NCBI RefSeq assembly: GCF_001194135.2
Contig: NC_068984.1
Coordinates: forward strand, 94,121,387-94,169,101
Direction: 5' to 3'
Length of the DNA stretch: 47,715 nucleotides
Source of the DNA: Octopus bimaculoides
Taxonomy: Eukaryota
The notes beneath the pieces were generated by a model. The model saw nothing but the letters and a program-made list of their open reading frames with translations. It had not been told where the DNA came from and did not search any database. Shown piece by piece: positions 47,687 to 47,715 of this stretch. The first letter of the stretch is position 1, and the number at the start of each line of letters is the position of its first letter. The translations under genes and the position numbers were made by a program.

Positions 47687-47713
47687 CGAACAGAACTTAT
47701 GGGATGACCTTGA
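47687..47713. repeat. Right TIR of the mariner element, followed by TA
   Basis: CGAACAGAACTTATGGGATGACCTTGA|TA resembles mariner ends. No matching left TIR was seen. Confidence 0.6.
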
Positions 47714-47715
47714 TA

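Noticed and set aside
1-47715. CRISPR array or prokaryotic operon
   Set aside because: No regularly spaced repeat-spacer array and no gene-dense organisation. The sequence is eukaryotic repeat-rich DNA.

Overview
This is AT-rich eukaryotic DNA that appears to be intergenic or intronic. It is most likely from an Octopus (coleoid cephalopod) draft assembly. That call rests on my recollection of the repeat families and is not checked against a database. There are five N-gaps. I recognise no host gene, rRNA, true tRNA or CRISPR array. The window is a densely nested transposon graveyard. Retroelements: two RTE-clade LINE families, a fragmented Penelope-like GIY-YIG element with an inverted 3'-end copy, an R4/Dong-type RLE LINE, and tRNA-derived SINEs. 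One RTE family has (GAT)n tails and a PHD-like finger inside its RT. DNA elements: two Buster-type hAT transposase pseudogenes, a hAT MITE, two piggyBac copies plus a related MITE, a DD37D maT element, a DD34D mariner, and Helentron/HINE-like pieces. Every transposase and RT is disrupted. The most unusual observations are: (1) a tRNA-headed SINE whose 3' half folds as a minimal Penelope-type hammerhead ribozyme and whose internal (TAA)n tract has been hit by a Dong/R4 LINE; (2) a ~2 kb block with 405-bp, ~98% identical inverted arms inside the Penelope 3' region; (3) a C4HC3 PHD finger inserted in an RTE reverse transcriptase; (4) four-layer TE nesting. All alignments and identity estimates were done by eye.
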